The translations under genes were made by a program, and so were the position numbers. Below are positions 40,501 to 50,767 of a DNA stretch of 55,411 bases, piece after piece. The notes below the pieces were generated by a model, which saw nothing but the letters and a program-made list of their open reading frames with translations, had not been told where the DNA came from and did not search any database. Source of the DNA: Octopus bimaculoides (taxonomy: Eukaryota); NCBI RefSeq assembly GCF_001194135.2, contig NC_069002.1, positions 4,817,618 to 4,873,028 on the forward strand, given 5' to 3'. How positions within the stretch are numbered: the stretch's first letter is position 1; the number at the start of each line of letters is the position of its first letter.

Positions 40501-43500
40501 GCATAATCTATGTCACTCCTTATAGAAAGTTACTGCCCTCTTAGATGGATTGGCAGACCACACTTTACTCCAGCATTCAATTTTTGGCAAGGTTTCTATG
40601 CCTAGTTGCCCTCCCCAACACAATCTACTACTTTACAGAGTGTTCTGAGTGCATTTTATCAAAGCACCAACATTCACAAAATACAAATACAGGATATAAA
40701 ATAAACCTCAGCCCCACAAATTCTCATTATCATTTAAAGTCCCTTTTCCAAGCTGGCATGGGTTAGATGGTTCAACAGGAACTAACAAGCCAGAAATTGG
40801 CACCAAACTCCAATGTCTGCTTTGGCATGTTTCTATGGCAGGATGTATAATAATCAAATATATTTAAACCAGAAAGCTTTTGCAACTCACCATTGAAGAT
40901 AATGAAGATGGGAGTCCTGCATACAAATCAAAAAATAACTGTAGCGTACTGAAATCAAGAAAAACTGGAAAAAAAAAAAAACAGATTAAATAGGTTGAGT
41001 GATGAGAGACAAACCACTAACAAAACAAAGAGAAAAAAATTACAACAAATCAAATTTGCTTTCTTATGGCACATGCTGATAGATCTGGTAGATCTGGTCC
41101 TATGGACACCAAGAGAGAAAGAAACCAAAAATTATGATACTTTCATTGTTACACATAAAATACAAGTGAAAAAACAAAACAAAACAAAATCTACCTGATC
41201 GCCAACTTGTTGGAATTTGGACAGTGCACAGGTCGTCTGAAGATTCATCTGTGGATGCTCCTATGAAGTCAAATGTTAAGCAGTTGAGTGCTAATCGCAG
41301 TGAATGGGACAACAGACCATGCTGCAAAGGGGTGGAAAAGAAGAGAAAGAGAGAGGCAAACATTAACATCATTAGGCTTTTAGCTGGCATTTCATGGAGA
41401 CGTAAGGAAGAAAGAGGTTTTTAATACAGTGTGTCTTGCGGCTTATTTCAGTCAGCGAACTTTTAATTCTGTCACGGGTTCCAGTTTCCAGTCGTTTGGA
41501 TTATAGCTATGCCAGGGTAGCGTCTCCAAAGAGATGGCAGTCATTTGTGTTGATGCGACGGCTGTTCCATTCTATTAAACTTGGAAGGACGAAAGAACAA
41601 AGTGAAACTGGTCGACATATTCAGAAAGTGTTATCAACCAGCCATTAAACTGTGTAACGAAGCACTTTAATTATAATCAGGAATAGATCCATATGTGTGA
41701 TTACTGTAAGGTAGATCGACAAACTGATTGATAAAATATGTGTTAAATGGTTAAATAATAGAGCAGCCTGTTAATGGAGACAACAGAAGATGTAAAATAA
41801 TCGAAAACAATAGAGAAGCATGTTAGTAATGTTGACTGTTTAGGTACCCCACCATTCAGAGTCAATGAGGGTGCTTTTATATGGATACTCAACCTGCTAG
41901 AAATGACAGTCAAAAACGCCCTCAAATCACATCCTAATGTTTTTTTTTTTATATATAAATGTAGTTATAGACACACAAGGATGTCCTGGGGCTAAAAAGA
42001 AAAGAAAAGAAAAAAACAACATATTACCAAACACAAATGTCCAATATTTCCTCTCTCAACAAACCCCCTCTCACCGACAAGTCAACTCCTAGGTGTTTTG
42101 TAAACTTGTTAAAAATAGCAGCAAAATCTCCTTCAAATCATTATTACCATCATCACCATCATCATAATCATTTCACATGTGTTTTCCTTACTGGTACGAG
42201 CCTGACAGTTCACGGGAACTAACAAGCCAGAGGACAGAGTTCTATGTTTGAGAGATGAGGAATTATGTACATTATTTACATTTGATGGAGGGAATATCGG
42301 CCGAAACGTTGTGTAAACAACAAACAAGATGAGGACAAATATCCGTCAAATGTAAATAATGTAAACAAAGCCAGAGGGCATCACCAAGCTCAAATGTCTG
42401 CTTTGGCATGGTTTCTATGGCTGGATGCCCTTCATAATGCCAACCACAATACAGAGTGTACCAAGTGCTTTTCTTTTCTTTTTTTTTTTTTTTCATGGCA
42501 CTGGTTCTAGTGAGATCACCAAGTAACAACCAAAATTACCCACCCACTCTAACATAGAGAGAAATAGACAAAAAAATATAAAAGAAATCTTATTTTTTTT
42601 TTCATCAACTTCTGCTTCCATTTTAAATTCATTGCTCCAGGCTGNNNNNNNNNNNNNNNNNNNNNNNNNNNNNNNNNNNNNNNNNNNNNNNNNNNNNNNN
42701 NNNNNNNNNNNNNNNNNNNNNNNNNNNNNNNNNNNNNNNNNNNNNNNNNNNNNNNNNNNNNNNNNNNNNNNNNNNNNNNNNNNNNNNNNNNNNNNNNNNN
42801 NNNNNNNNNNNNNNNNNNNNNNNNNNNNNNNNNNNNNNNNNNNNNNNNNNNNNNNNNNNNNNNNNNNNNNNNNNNNNNNNNNNNNNNNNNNNNNNNNNNN
42901 NNNNNNNNNNNNNNNNNNNNNNNNNNNNNNNNNNNNNNNNNNNNNNNNNNNNNNNNNNNNNNNNNNNNNNNNNNNNNNNNNNNNNNNNNNNNNNNNNNNN
43001 NNNNNNNNNNNNNNNNNNNNNNNNNNNNNNNNNNNNNNNNNNNNNNNNNNNNNNNNNNNNNNNNNNNNNNNNNNNNNNNNNNNNNNNNNNNNNNNNNNNN
43101 NNNNNNNNNNNNNNNNNNNNNNNNNNNNNNNNNNNNNNNNNNNNNNNNNNNNNNNNNNNNNNNNNNNNNNNNNNNNNNNNNNNNNNNNNNNNNNNNNNNN
43201 NNNNNNNNNNNNNNNNNNNNNNNNNNNNNNNNNNNNNNNNNNNNNNNNNNNNNNNNNNNNNNNNNNNNNNNNNNNNNNNNNNNNNNNNNNNNNNNNNNNN
43301 NNNNNNNNNNNNNNNNNNNNNNNNNNNNNNNNNNNNNNNNNNNNNNNNNNNNNNNNNNNNNNNNNNNNNNNNNNNNNNNNNNNNNNNNNNNNNNNNGAAA
43401 TGACCTTTCTTACCTGACTATCATCAGAAAAATCAAGAGTTTTTAAATTTCCTTCGGCTGTTCGAAGTAATGAACATGCTAGCTGGAAAATCTCATAAAG

Positions 43501-46500
43501 TTGGGTGTCTCGGAAAGATGAGGCAGTTTTACGATGTTTGGTGATTGATCTGCTGGCTTCCGCCTAGACACAAAGACATAAGGCATCAATAAGATTGCTG
43601 CGATTAAATTTAAAAAAAGGTGAGTGGTGGGCACAGATTATTAGACTGGACTCCAAAAATGTCATGTAAATTATGCACAAAAAAATATGTACCAGGGTAT
43701 TTATACAACTGTCTGTCTGAGTGTGTGTATGTGTACAATCCTGAGTATGACTTGAAACTGCATCCAGTAATGAAGCCCTGGTTCAGAAGTTACAGAGATT
43801 TTGAAGAGTGTGGAACCAAATATTAGGCCCTACTGTTCCCAGGTTGACTCTCACCCCAAAGTAGTAACACCTATCAGGGACGAGTTAACTTGTCTTCAGC
43901 CAATTTGTCTTTTTCAGAGTGTGACAAGTAAACTCGTCCAAAACATACAACTTGCCAGTTAGAAATAGCCTGTAAATCTTCCTCAAATTACACACTACTA
44001 TTCTTACAAAAGGAAGGGTCTATTAGGCAATGTAACCCCTAATACACAAAAATATAGGATGGTCAAGGCTGGAACATCTTTGATCATGAGGCTACTTGAT
44101 GAGGATAGATGTGGAACGAAGCAACAACTGACATTTTTTTCTCTCTCTCTTGATGCCCAGAAATATCAAGAAGATGGTATAAAGTGAAAGATGTCAATCT
44201 TCAGCGCTTACCATTGTCAAATGGTTACCGAAAGAGATGAATGGGACAATTTACTTACCTCACTCAATTGATTCATTTCACAGACTAATTGGGACAGCAA
44301 CTGGACTCCTATCATGACATGTTGTGTGGACATACTCTGAAAGAAAAAACATGGAGTTTACATTAATTATTATCACTTGGGTCACACGTCTTTGAACTTC
44401 TGGAGATCCTCTGACGGATAAGACACTTTTCAGCAACCTGTCATATATAAAGAGTTACAGCACCCATTTTCCGGACACTATATTTAAGCCCTTATTTTTT
44501 CTTTAAAAACCTATTCTGACACAAAATGAGTCAACTCCCGATATGAATGTTTACGTTTTGTACGTCTTTTGGCAACAACAAAAATTTCTAAAAAAAATCC
44601 TAGAAACGATCTACTCATGTAATTTATACACCCCTAGAGTTTGTTTTTATTTTTGCAAAAGAAAATGTGTAAATTACATGTGTTTTTACATTGTTTCATC
44701 AAAATAAAACCTAAAGTGACATAAATCCTATTAAAGAATTCATTAACTACCTTTGTTCCAGTGTCTTACTAATGTGTGTATTTATGTATGCATAAAAATT
44801 GAATGCAATGTAGACAAAAGGATAAGAAACTAGAGTGCTTGATATTGATAGTCAAGCACCAAAATATATATATATATATATATATGCAGATCATCATCAC
44901 TGTTCTAACATCCACTTTTCCAACTGTAACAAAAGTAACAATCATATGTTTAATGAACATGTTTTTTGGGTTTTATCTCGCTGCACAAAATATAAAAAAA
45001 TAGGCCTTGCAAAAAAAACAAACAAAAAAAAACCAATGGCCCTCAGCAACCAGGATGTGAAAGTAAGATGATTATTGAATAGTTTCAACTCATTATTCAA
45101 ATTACTATCAGGACCAGCTTGCTCCCTGCTGGTTTCTGAGCAACAGGAGCTATCACTATATTACAGAGACCTTAAGTGCGATCACACGAGATATTGCTAT
45201 TTTCATGCTTACACTATCAACAGTGAGTAAGCAGAATCTAAACAGTGGTCTTTACCAATTGATAATAGTTAACTTGACCTCACGCTTTGACTACTGATTT
45301 TAACACCACAGGCCTGATTTTCACCACTAGAGTAAACATTTTAAAACATATTACAACCTTGATTACAATGTTTGTGTGTGTGTGTATTATCATCATCATC
45401 ATTTAACATTCGTTTTTCCATGCTGGCATGGGTTGGACAGTTTGACCATAGTTGGTAAGGCCTGGGTCCACACCGGGCCCCACTGTTTATTCTGGCATGG
45501 TTTCTACAGCTGGATGCCCTTCCTAATGCCAACCACTCTACTGAGTGTACTGGGTGCTTTTAATGTGACACCAGCATAAGTGCCTTTTATGTGGCACCAG
45601 CATCACTACTTTTTATGTGACACCAGCACAAGTGCTTTTTGTATGACACTAGCACCAGTGCTCTTCATGTGGCACCAGCAACAGTTCTTTTTCACATGGC
45701 ACCAGCATCAGTGCTTTGTATGTGGCACCAGCAACAGTTCTTTTTCACATNNNNNNNNNNCAGCATCAGTGCTTTGTATGTGGCACCAGCAACAGTTCTT
45801 TTTCACATGGCACCAGCATCAGTGCTTTGTATGTGGCACCAGCACCGGTAATTCTGCTGTGATGGACGCGTTTTCTTGAGTAAAGCAAGGTAACAGACAT
45901 CTGTAAAGTGGTTGGCTTTAAAAAGACATCCAACCTTAGAAACCACACCAAACCTGATATTGATGCATGATGCAGCCCTGAGTCTCATTGGTTCCCGTCA
46001 AACCATCCAATCCAAGCTAGCATGGAAAACGGACATCAATTGATGATGCTGAGGAGGATTCATAAAATCATCTTAAAAAAGTGGGGTACATTAAATAATA
46101 TGGTTTTAAATGCACTGTCTGCAAAAAAATAAATAAATAAAAACCTAAGGATGGATTTGAAACCTTTTTGATTATAAGCCCCCTGTAGATAAGTACTGAC
46201 CAGTCATTGAAACAACTTCATTACTTTAGTGAATTAACTGCAAAATGATACATACCTGAATGAATTTTGCTACATCTTGTACTGCATTTCGGAATACACA
46301 CTCATCTTTTTGTACATCAAACCAGCCCAGTTTTGTAATACGTGCAAAAAGCTGTGTTAACATAAAAATAGAAATGAGAAAACAATTAGAAAATTTATGA
46401 TACACAAAATACCATTTTCAGCAAAAGTAAAATTAGGACTTTCAAAACAAGCAAAATATCATTTTCAAAAAAGAGAAAATAATGCTAGATGCACATTTCT

Positions 46501-48894
46501 GCCTCTTTGGGCCTCATCAGTAACAAGTACCCACTGGAAACTGCATGTTAAGACAAAATCTATCATCACTGAGACAGGAAAGCAGTGATTAAGAAATCAC
46601 TGATGTTGCAATTTGCCAGCTGGCTGAATAAAAATTCATTATGTGCAACAAAAGCAGTATTTGTTTAAAATGGCCATCTGTGTATCATACTTGATGCAGA
46701 TACATTGTAGAGGGCCTAATTAGCTGCAGTAATTGTTTTGAGAAAGTATCTACAGATGTACAGTATTAAAAACCACAGAAATATATCAATAGCAGACGAA
46801 AATCAGGCAGAGTGGCAAGTACCCACTAGCAACCGCATGCCAAGACATACACATCCAGCAATACCACCACCACAGTTGGATGATTTTCAGCTCTTGCCTT
46901 TGTCCCCACTACCACTACATGACAACCAGTGTTGGTTTGTTTACATCCCTGTGGCCTAGCAGTTTGGAAATAGAATAAGTACTAGGTTTTAAAAATAATA
47001 AGTACAGGGCTACTTATTGTTAGGCTAAACACTTCAAAGTGGTGCCTCAGAATGGCTGCTGTCCAATGACTGAAACAAGTAAAAGATAAAAGATATTGCT
47101 ATAGCATCTTATCAACCATTTCGTACTTTATCCATTACATATTTTCTTCTGGATAGTTTGATTTTGTGTCCCGAGAAAATCCCTTATTTGCAATTTTATG
47201 ATATGACTGTTATTAGACAAAACATAACTTATAACAAATGAAAGATAAACAATAAAATAATTCTATTTTTAAACATTAAGAAGAAACAATATGACAAACT
47301 CTACATAGAAATCAGAAAAAGAGGAAAAAAAAAAACGTTTCTTACATATATTATTACAATCTTACCTGGACCAGTGACTGTAATACATAATGAACTAATT
47401 TTGGTCTAGTACCCAAAAAATTTAGTACATAATTTCCTGAGGAAGAAAAAAAAAAAACAGAAATTAAAAACTGGTGCCCCAGCATGGCTGCAGTCAAATG
47501 ACTGAACAAGTTGCACAAAATATGGAAATAAAAATAAAAAGAGCACTAATAAAAGAATTTGTGCAGTCAGCTACTCACGTATGTCTATTCTTTGTTCCAA
47601 TGGTAATGTCAAATTTGGACGACTGACCAATTTTGTAAGAGTTGAAGCTGCCAAGAGTTGTGCATAGGGAGACTATAAAAAATAACAAACAGAAAAAGAA
47701 AAATTAAATTAAAAAAATTAAAGCAACAATAAAAAATATTAATTATCAATCATCATATGAGGCATTTAGTAACAGTGTCGTATGCTTGTGTGTGTGCAAT
47801 GTAAAAGTAGTGTCCCAGTTTTTTGAGGGGTCTTTTTTCTCAGTCAAATCAAGTATAAAATAGCACAAGTTATACACAAGTAAATAAGTCACATAACCAC
47901 AAAGGAAGTTTAAAGAAAACACACACATAATTGCTTTTCTAATGAGAATATCATATTATTCTGGTCAATGAAAAGTTGAGGTAGGGGGAGCTATCAATTA
48001 ACCTAAGTCATTGTGTCCAGTAAAACAGCCAGAGAAGGACTGCACTGAAATGTGAGCAACCGTGGTCAAATCAAGTTTGGTTTTAAGTTCAATCAAAGTG
48101 AAATTAAACTGGTGTGATTGACATTATACAAATCATGTGACCAACATGATTACAACCAACTGGGTGGATAAGACAATTTCACCAAGAAGTTTCCAAATTT
48201 AGGTTATTAGTCACAAACAAGGAGATTTTGAGAAGAGCGAGGTCACAGCCACTGCAGGAGACTGTAGCAGAACACCAGTTCTGCCTGGTTGATCACATTT
48301 TCCATCCGGCTAATCAAGAGCAATCGGAAACAGCCAGGACATGGTTACCACTTGACAGCAAACGTAACAGGGGCAGGCCAAAGGTCAATCGGTAGCAGTT
48401 GGATCACAACCGCTGCAAGAGGCTGTACCAATTCAGGCTGGGTGGCCACATTATTTGAATTCGATCAATACGAGGAAATGAAACAGAGTAATAATACCTT
48501 GTAAGCTTTAGCTTCATCATCATCATCATCATCGTTTAACGTCCGCTTTCCATGCTAGCATGGGTTGGACGATTTGACTGAGGACTGGTGAAACCGGATG
48601 GCAACACCAGGTTCCAATCTGATTTGGCAGAGTTTCTACAGCTGGGTGCCCTTCCTAACGCCAACCACTCTGAGAGTGTAGTGGGTGCTTTTACGTGTCA
48701 CCCACACGAAGGCCAGTCAGGCGGTACTGGCAACGGCCACACTCAAGATGGTGTATTTTATGTGCCACCCGCACAAGAGCCAGTCCAGGGGCACTGGCAA
48801 CGATCTCGCTCGAAAATCCTTACACATGTCACGGGCACAAGTAAATGAAATAAATTCTTCATATATTGAGTCATTTCATTACCCATTTGTAAAC

Positions 48895-48934
<40 letters not shown>

Positions 48935-49212
48935 GTATCATGCTCTGAAGCAGAGAAAGACCTGTAGTAACTAAGACAAGAACTCACAACAGCACTGACA
49001 CAGCAGTTGTGGTTCGTTCTGAGGATGAAGCGAACAAAAGGGTGTTGGGTTGTGATTATACTTACATTCCCTCTTTCTAACAAAAGTTGGCATTTACTAA
49101 GACAATCTGGGGAAGAGGCAAAAGCAACAAGGGCCTTCTCAGCATCACTGCGTAAACTGCTGTCAGCAGTTTCATACATCTGCTTGCACAGATTCTCCAG
49201 TTGTAGTAATTC
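14547..49212 (-). CDS. XPO7: Exportin-7 (RanBP16) gene model, 29 coding exons traced, first coding exon not securely located
   Basis: Spliced exons translate to [48 protein letters not shown]...[25 protein letters not shown]...[22 protein letters not shown]...[18 protein letters not shown]..., colinear with human XPO7 as recalled. Exon lengths sum to 3291 nt with consistent phases and GT-AG or AT-AC ends. Confidence 0.98.
17930..18700. repeat. Degenerate minisatellite (acatcaca / gggtacacag / cagtacc motifs) interrupted by microsatellites
   Basis: e.g. gacacatcacaactgagtac repeated at ~18369 and ~18403. Confidence 0.65.
19084..19310 (+). mobile_element. 5' end of a Tc1/mariner-superfamily element (possibly maT/DD37D-like), truncated
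   Basis: TA|CAGGGTG terminus then ATG at 19215 giving [29 protein letters not shown], resembling an HTH transposase N-terminus; family inferred from recall. Confidence 0.5.
19790..20280. repeat. Degenerate ~40 bp minisatellite (acctagctgta...ccacagtg)
   Basis: recurring ctagctgta, gggaccacagtg and ggtac motifs. Confidence 0.65.
21531..21617. repeat. 45 bp-period tandem duplication
   Basis: tctatacattatatagtcatgcagttgattacattatacagt at 21531 and 21576. Confidence 0.9.
23886..24013 (-). CDS. XPO7: XPO7 penultimate exon (128 nt) [42 protein letters not shown]
   Basis: conserved [18 protein letters not shown]; ends in phase 2 at gtaaac. Confidence 0.96.
24240..24480 (-). mobile_element. tRNA-derived SINE family D, well preserved
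   Basis: ggcgagctgccagaaacgttggcatgccggg...ttctgagttcaaattccgccaaggtcgactttgcctttcatcctttcggggtcga; other copies ~7325-7420, 14850-15240, 20650-21080, 25950-26070, 34120-34350, 35130-35215, 38290-38460, 39905-40025, 49490-49640. Confidence 0.85.
24646..24744 (-). CDS. XPO7: XPO7 exon (99 nt) [33 protein letters not shown]
   Basis: signature [22 protein letters not shown]. Confidence 0.98.
25650..25810 (-). CDS. XPO7: XPO7 exon (161 nt) [29 protein letters not shown]...HPEILQQ
   Basis: conserved DTMVCTGCC and IVTYLF. Confidence 0.96.
26738..26876 (-). CDS. XPO7: XPO7 exon (139 nt) [46 protein letters not shown]
   Basis: conserved DYPKLSQ.YY.LLE and ISEGLTAL. Confidence 0.96.
27365..27524 (-). 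CDS. XPO7: XPO7 exon (160 nt) [53 protein letters not shown]
   Basis: near-identical to recalled human segment; starts after ...CCCAC (no AG), donor gtaagt. Confidence 0.96.
27525..28748 (-). other. U12-type (minor spliceosome) AT-AC intron of XPO7
   Basis: 5' ATATCCTTTC, branch TCCTTAAC at 27546-27539, 3' end CCCAC; removal restores YPMK|LKGISIC. Confidence 0.95.
27788..28360. mobile_element. Interspersed repeat bounded by (TAA)n tracts, inside the AT-AC intron
   Basis: Core acagatttgcttgtcagttg...tgatcacgagcagaagtagt..ggagcatcatagcca recurs at ~29740-29905; class undetermined. Confidence 0.6.
28749..28803 (-). CDS. XPO7: XPO7 exon (55 nt) [19 protein letters not shown]; ends at an AT-AC donor
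   Basis: matches recalled human GNRILTLGEVPKDQVYALK; followed by ATATCCTTTC. Confidence 0.94.
29509..29591 (-). CDS. XPO7: XPO7 exon (83 nt) [27 protein letters not shown]
   Basis: conserved [18 protein letters not shown]. Confidence 0.97.
29945..30282 (-). mobile_element. tRNA-derived SINE family C, near full length
   Basis: Reverse of tRNA head (gtggttagagtgtcaggctcacaatcatgaggtagtgagttcaattcc) plus cttgagcaagacactttatttcacgttgctccagttcactcagctg core; other copies 37855-38192, 32050-32300, 11415-11550, 30585-30690. Confidence 0.85.
31233..31340 (-). CDS. XPO7: XPO7 exon (108 nt) [35 protein letters not shown]
   Basis: conserved [18 protein letters not shown]; preceded by U12 branch site. 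Confidence 0.96.
31341..31682 (-). other. U12-type GT-AG intron of XPO7
   Basis: 5' GTATCCTTTT, branch TCCTTAAT at 31357-31350, short branch-to-AG distance without a pyrimidine tract. Confidence 0.92.
31683..31771 (-). CDS. XPO7: XPO7 exon (89 nt) [29 protein letters not shown]; ends at a U12 donor
   Basis: conserved RDLRG.AFAFN.KTS; followed by GTATCCTTTT. Confidence 0.96.
32445..32512 (-). CDS. XPO7: XPO7 exon (68 nt) [23 protein letters not shown]
   Basis: ttgcag| acceptor, gtgaga donor, phase 1/0. Confidence 0.92.
33187..33343 (-). CDS. XPO7: XPO7 exon (157 nt) [52 protein letters not shown]
   Basis: conserved [23 protein letters not shown]. Confidence 0.97.
34434..34578 (-). CDS. XPO7: XPO7 exon (145 nt) [48 protein letters not shown]
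   Basis: conserved ITNLKYWGR and RKLVKL; phase 2/0. Confidence 0.96.
34780..34853 (-). CDS. XPO7: XPO7 exon (74 nt) [24 protein letters not shown]
   Basis: ctacag| acceptor, gtaagc donor, phase 0/2. Confidence 0.95.
35271..35406 (-). CDS. XPO7: XPO7 exon (136 nt) [45 protein letters not shown]
   Basis: conserved [15 protein letters not shown]. Confidence 0.96.
36109..36214 (-). CDS. XPO7: XPO7 exon (106 nt) [35 protein letters not shown]
   Basis: near-identical to recalled human segment; phase 1/2. Confidence 0.97.
36661..36793 (-). CDS. XPO7: XPO7 exon (133 nt) [31 protein letters not shown]...VAVQQ
   Basis: conserved [21 protein letters not shown]. Confidence 0.96.
37670..37727 (-). CDS. 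XPO7: XPO7 exon (58 nt) [19 protein letters not shown]
   Basis: ttccag| acceptor, gtgagt donor, phase 2/0. Confidence 0.94.
38498..38670 (-). CDS. XPO7: XPO7 exon (173 nt) [57 protein letters not shown]
   Basis: conserved HYLLSLWQR and [15 protein letters not shown]; phase 0/2. Confidence 0.97.
39332..39478 (-). CDS. XPO7: XPO7 exon (147 nt) [30 protein letters not shown]...TVTSLR
   Basis: signature XPO7 motif; canonical sites. Confidence 0.97.
40241..40360 (-). CDS. XPO7: XPO7 exon (120 nt) [40 protein letters not shown]
   Basis: conserved [16 protein letters not shown]; canonical sites. Confidence 0.96.
40891..40964 (-). CDS. XPO7: XPO7 exon (74 nt) [25 protein letters not shown]
   Basis: ttccag| acceptor, gtgagt donor, phase 1/0. 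Confidence 0.95.
41195..41321 (-). CDS. XPO7: XPO7 exon (127 nt) [42 protein letters not shown]
   Basis: near-invariant [24 protein letters not shown]; strong pyrimidine tract. Confidence 0.97.
43414..43563 (-). CDS. XPO7: XPO7 exon (150 nt) [33 protein letters not shown]...DDSQ
   Basis: conserved KHRK.ASSFRD; tag| acceptor, gtaag donor. Confidence 0.95.
44259..44336 (-). CDS. XPO7: XPO7 exon (78 nt) [26 protein letters not shown]
   Basis: tttcag| acceptor, gtaagt donor, phase 0/0. Confidence 0.93.
45560..45845. repeat. Minisatellite (~26-27 bp subunits, 53 bp higher-order unit) within an RTE tail
   Basis: tggcaccagcaacagttctttttcacatggcaccagcatcagtgctttgtatg repeated about 3 times around a 10-N gap. 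Confidence 0.85.
46256..46351 (-). CDS. XPO7: XPO7 exon (96 nt) [32 protein letters not shown]
   Basis: cag| acceptor, gtatgt donor, conserved RITKLGWFD. Confidence 0.96.
47366..47436 (-). CDS. XPO7: XPO7 exon (71 nt) [24 protein letters not shown]
   Basis: cag| acceptor, gtaag donor, phase 1/0. Confidence 0.95.
47579..47672 (-). CDS. XPO7: XPO7 exon (94 nt) [31 protein letters not shown]
   Basis: AG acceptor, gtgagt donor; matches recalled human SSYSQLLAATCLTKLVSR...LPLEQRIDI. Confidence 0.96.
48517..48841 (-). mobile_element. RTE-type LINE/SINE 3' tail with (GAT)n end, best-preserved copy
   Basis: (CAT)n-cgtttaacgtccgctttccatgctagcatgggttggac...tttctacagctgggtgcccttcctaacgccaaccac. Other copies at ~555-760, 3305-3485, 3520-3745, 4820-4990, 5778-5975, 7820-8005, 8300-8430, 21628-21800, 25085-25212, 36320-36440, 38730-38870, 40730-40850, 42370-42510, 45385-45850, 45900-46055, 53285-53590, 54570-54695. 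RTE assignment is from family recall. Confidence 0.8.
49066..49212 (-). CDS. XPO7: XPO7 exon (147 nt) [15 protein letters not shown]...LLERGN
   Basis: cctcttag| acceptor, |gtaag donor; phase 0/0; importin-beta N-terminal region. Confidence 0.96.
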
Positions 49213-49380
49213 CTAAGAGGAGAAACAAAAAGAGAGAGAAAGAGATAAACAAGTGAAGTTCCCAATCACAAAAAAAAACAACAAAAAAAAACATACATTT
49301 ATCAACAAACAAAAGCAACAAAAGTTTTTGCACTCAAAAAGTAAAATGCAATACCTTGTTATTTTATGCANNNNNNNNNN

Positions 49381-49427
<47 letters not shown>

Positions 49428-50539
49428 ATCAAAATTAATAGAAACAAATGCAATGTAATTCAGGTAACTAAAGGGTTAAGGCAATGAAAGGTACAACAGA
49501 CTTTGGCTGGATTTGAACTCAGAATATAAAGGAAACAAAACTAAATAATTTCTTTCTTACATAAAGCACAAGGTTACAAATTTGGAAAGAGGACTTAGTT
49601 GATGAAATTGCCCCCAATATGTGACTGGTACCTTTTTTCCTTTAATGGAGGTTCAAAGTTAAGTGTATAGCCATTACTGACTATTCACTCTCAAAGACAT
49701 TCTTTTATTCGTTTATTCTTTTATACATATCAGCCTCTAAGGCTAGACATAGCAACAGGCAAGAATCTGCTTAAAACAGAAGGACACCATTGAACCAGCT
49801 TGAGCAACATGAGAGCACCTAAAGTCTGCTAGAAATAGCAACCAAATCTCTCCTGAAATCATACCTCTACAACCTTCAAGACAAATTTTTAAAAGGGCGC
49901 ACATCAGATAACGTAGTCCCCGATACACAAAGACAGGCTGGACACTGCTAAAACGTCTTTGATTGTACAATAAGATCCCGTCAATCAGAATTGACACAAG
50001 ACGATTCAGCGACATCAGCAAAATGAAATGGTTTATATCTGAGAATCAAAAACTAGATCACAGGCATAGAACAACAGAAGCTAACCTAATTCCTATGGTA
50101 TTTGTTGTTGTTGTTGTTATAGACTAGAAACAATGGCTAAAGAAACATCTTTGGCCAATAAGCACACAACAAATGGCAATATATTATTAATAGCGATTGA
50201 ATAAATATCTGAAAAAGTGACAGTCATTGCAAGAAATACACAATAGACTCTATTGATTTCTCCATTGAATACAAGAGAATGGATGGAAATCAGCTGAACT
50301 TACCCACTTAAATTACAGGTACTTTCTTTTAATATGCAGCTGGTGCACCAAGGATTCAAATTCAGTCTGACCTAACTACAGTATTCAGAGAATCAACAAC
50401 AATAGTTGCTGCTGTAGTTTAGCCCCAGGTCAAACTTGATCAGATAGGCCTCCTACGATGGTTTCAGCTGTAACCCCCCCCCACCTTTATTCAAGTGTAA
50501 CGTAATTTAGAATCACATTATCTAATATCTCTGTTTGTT

Positions 50540-50767
50540 TTAAACCTTTAGCATTCAGATTACTCAGTCAGATGTAATGCTTATTTATTCACATTGTCTT
50601 GAATTGATCATGCACTATCTCATAGATTAGAGACTTCGATGATGCGATTGTTTATTTTTAGAATAACATCAGAGGGAGTATATGAGAGACCAGATATGGC
50701 TAGTGTAAAGATAAAACTGGTAGAACATTTTGGCTGGATATAGCCAGTTTAAGTGCTAAAGGGTTAA
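50540..50767. mobile_element. TTAA-flanked MITE (piggyBac-type termini)
   Basis: ttaa-acctttagcatt ... aagtgctaaagggttaa inverted termini; degraded second copy at ~5575-5775. Confidence 0.75.

Noticed and set aside
42560-42644. Minus-strand peptide [16 protein letters not shown] beside a gap, considered as a hidden XPO7 exon
   Set aside because: DDSQ|HGLL already joins colinearly with the ortholog; no exon is missing here.
45560-45845. Regular repeat array considered as CRISPR-like
   Set aside because: Tandem units without unique spacers, embedded in a retroelement tail in a eukaryotic intron; no cas genes.
46516-46602. Possible intronic C/D snoRNA (minus-strand GTGATGA...CTGA) and 8 bp hairpin
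   Set aside because: Boxes only ~53 nt apart, no convincing terminal stem; the 8 bp hairpin is near chance expectation.
48215-48504. GC-richer unique stretch with a 71-aa ORF
   Set aside because: No recognisable motif in any frame and no splice signals fitting XPO7; probably a decayed TE.
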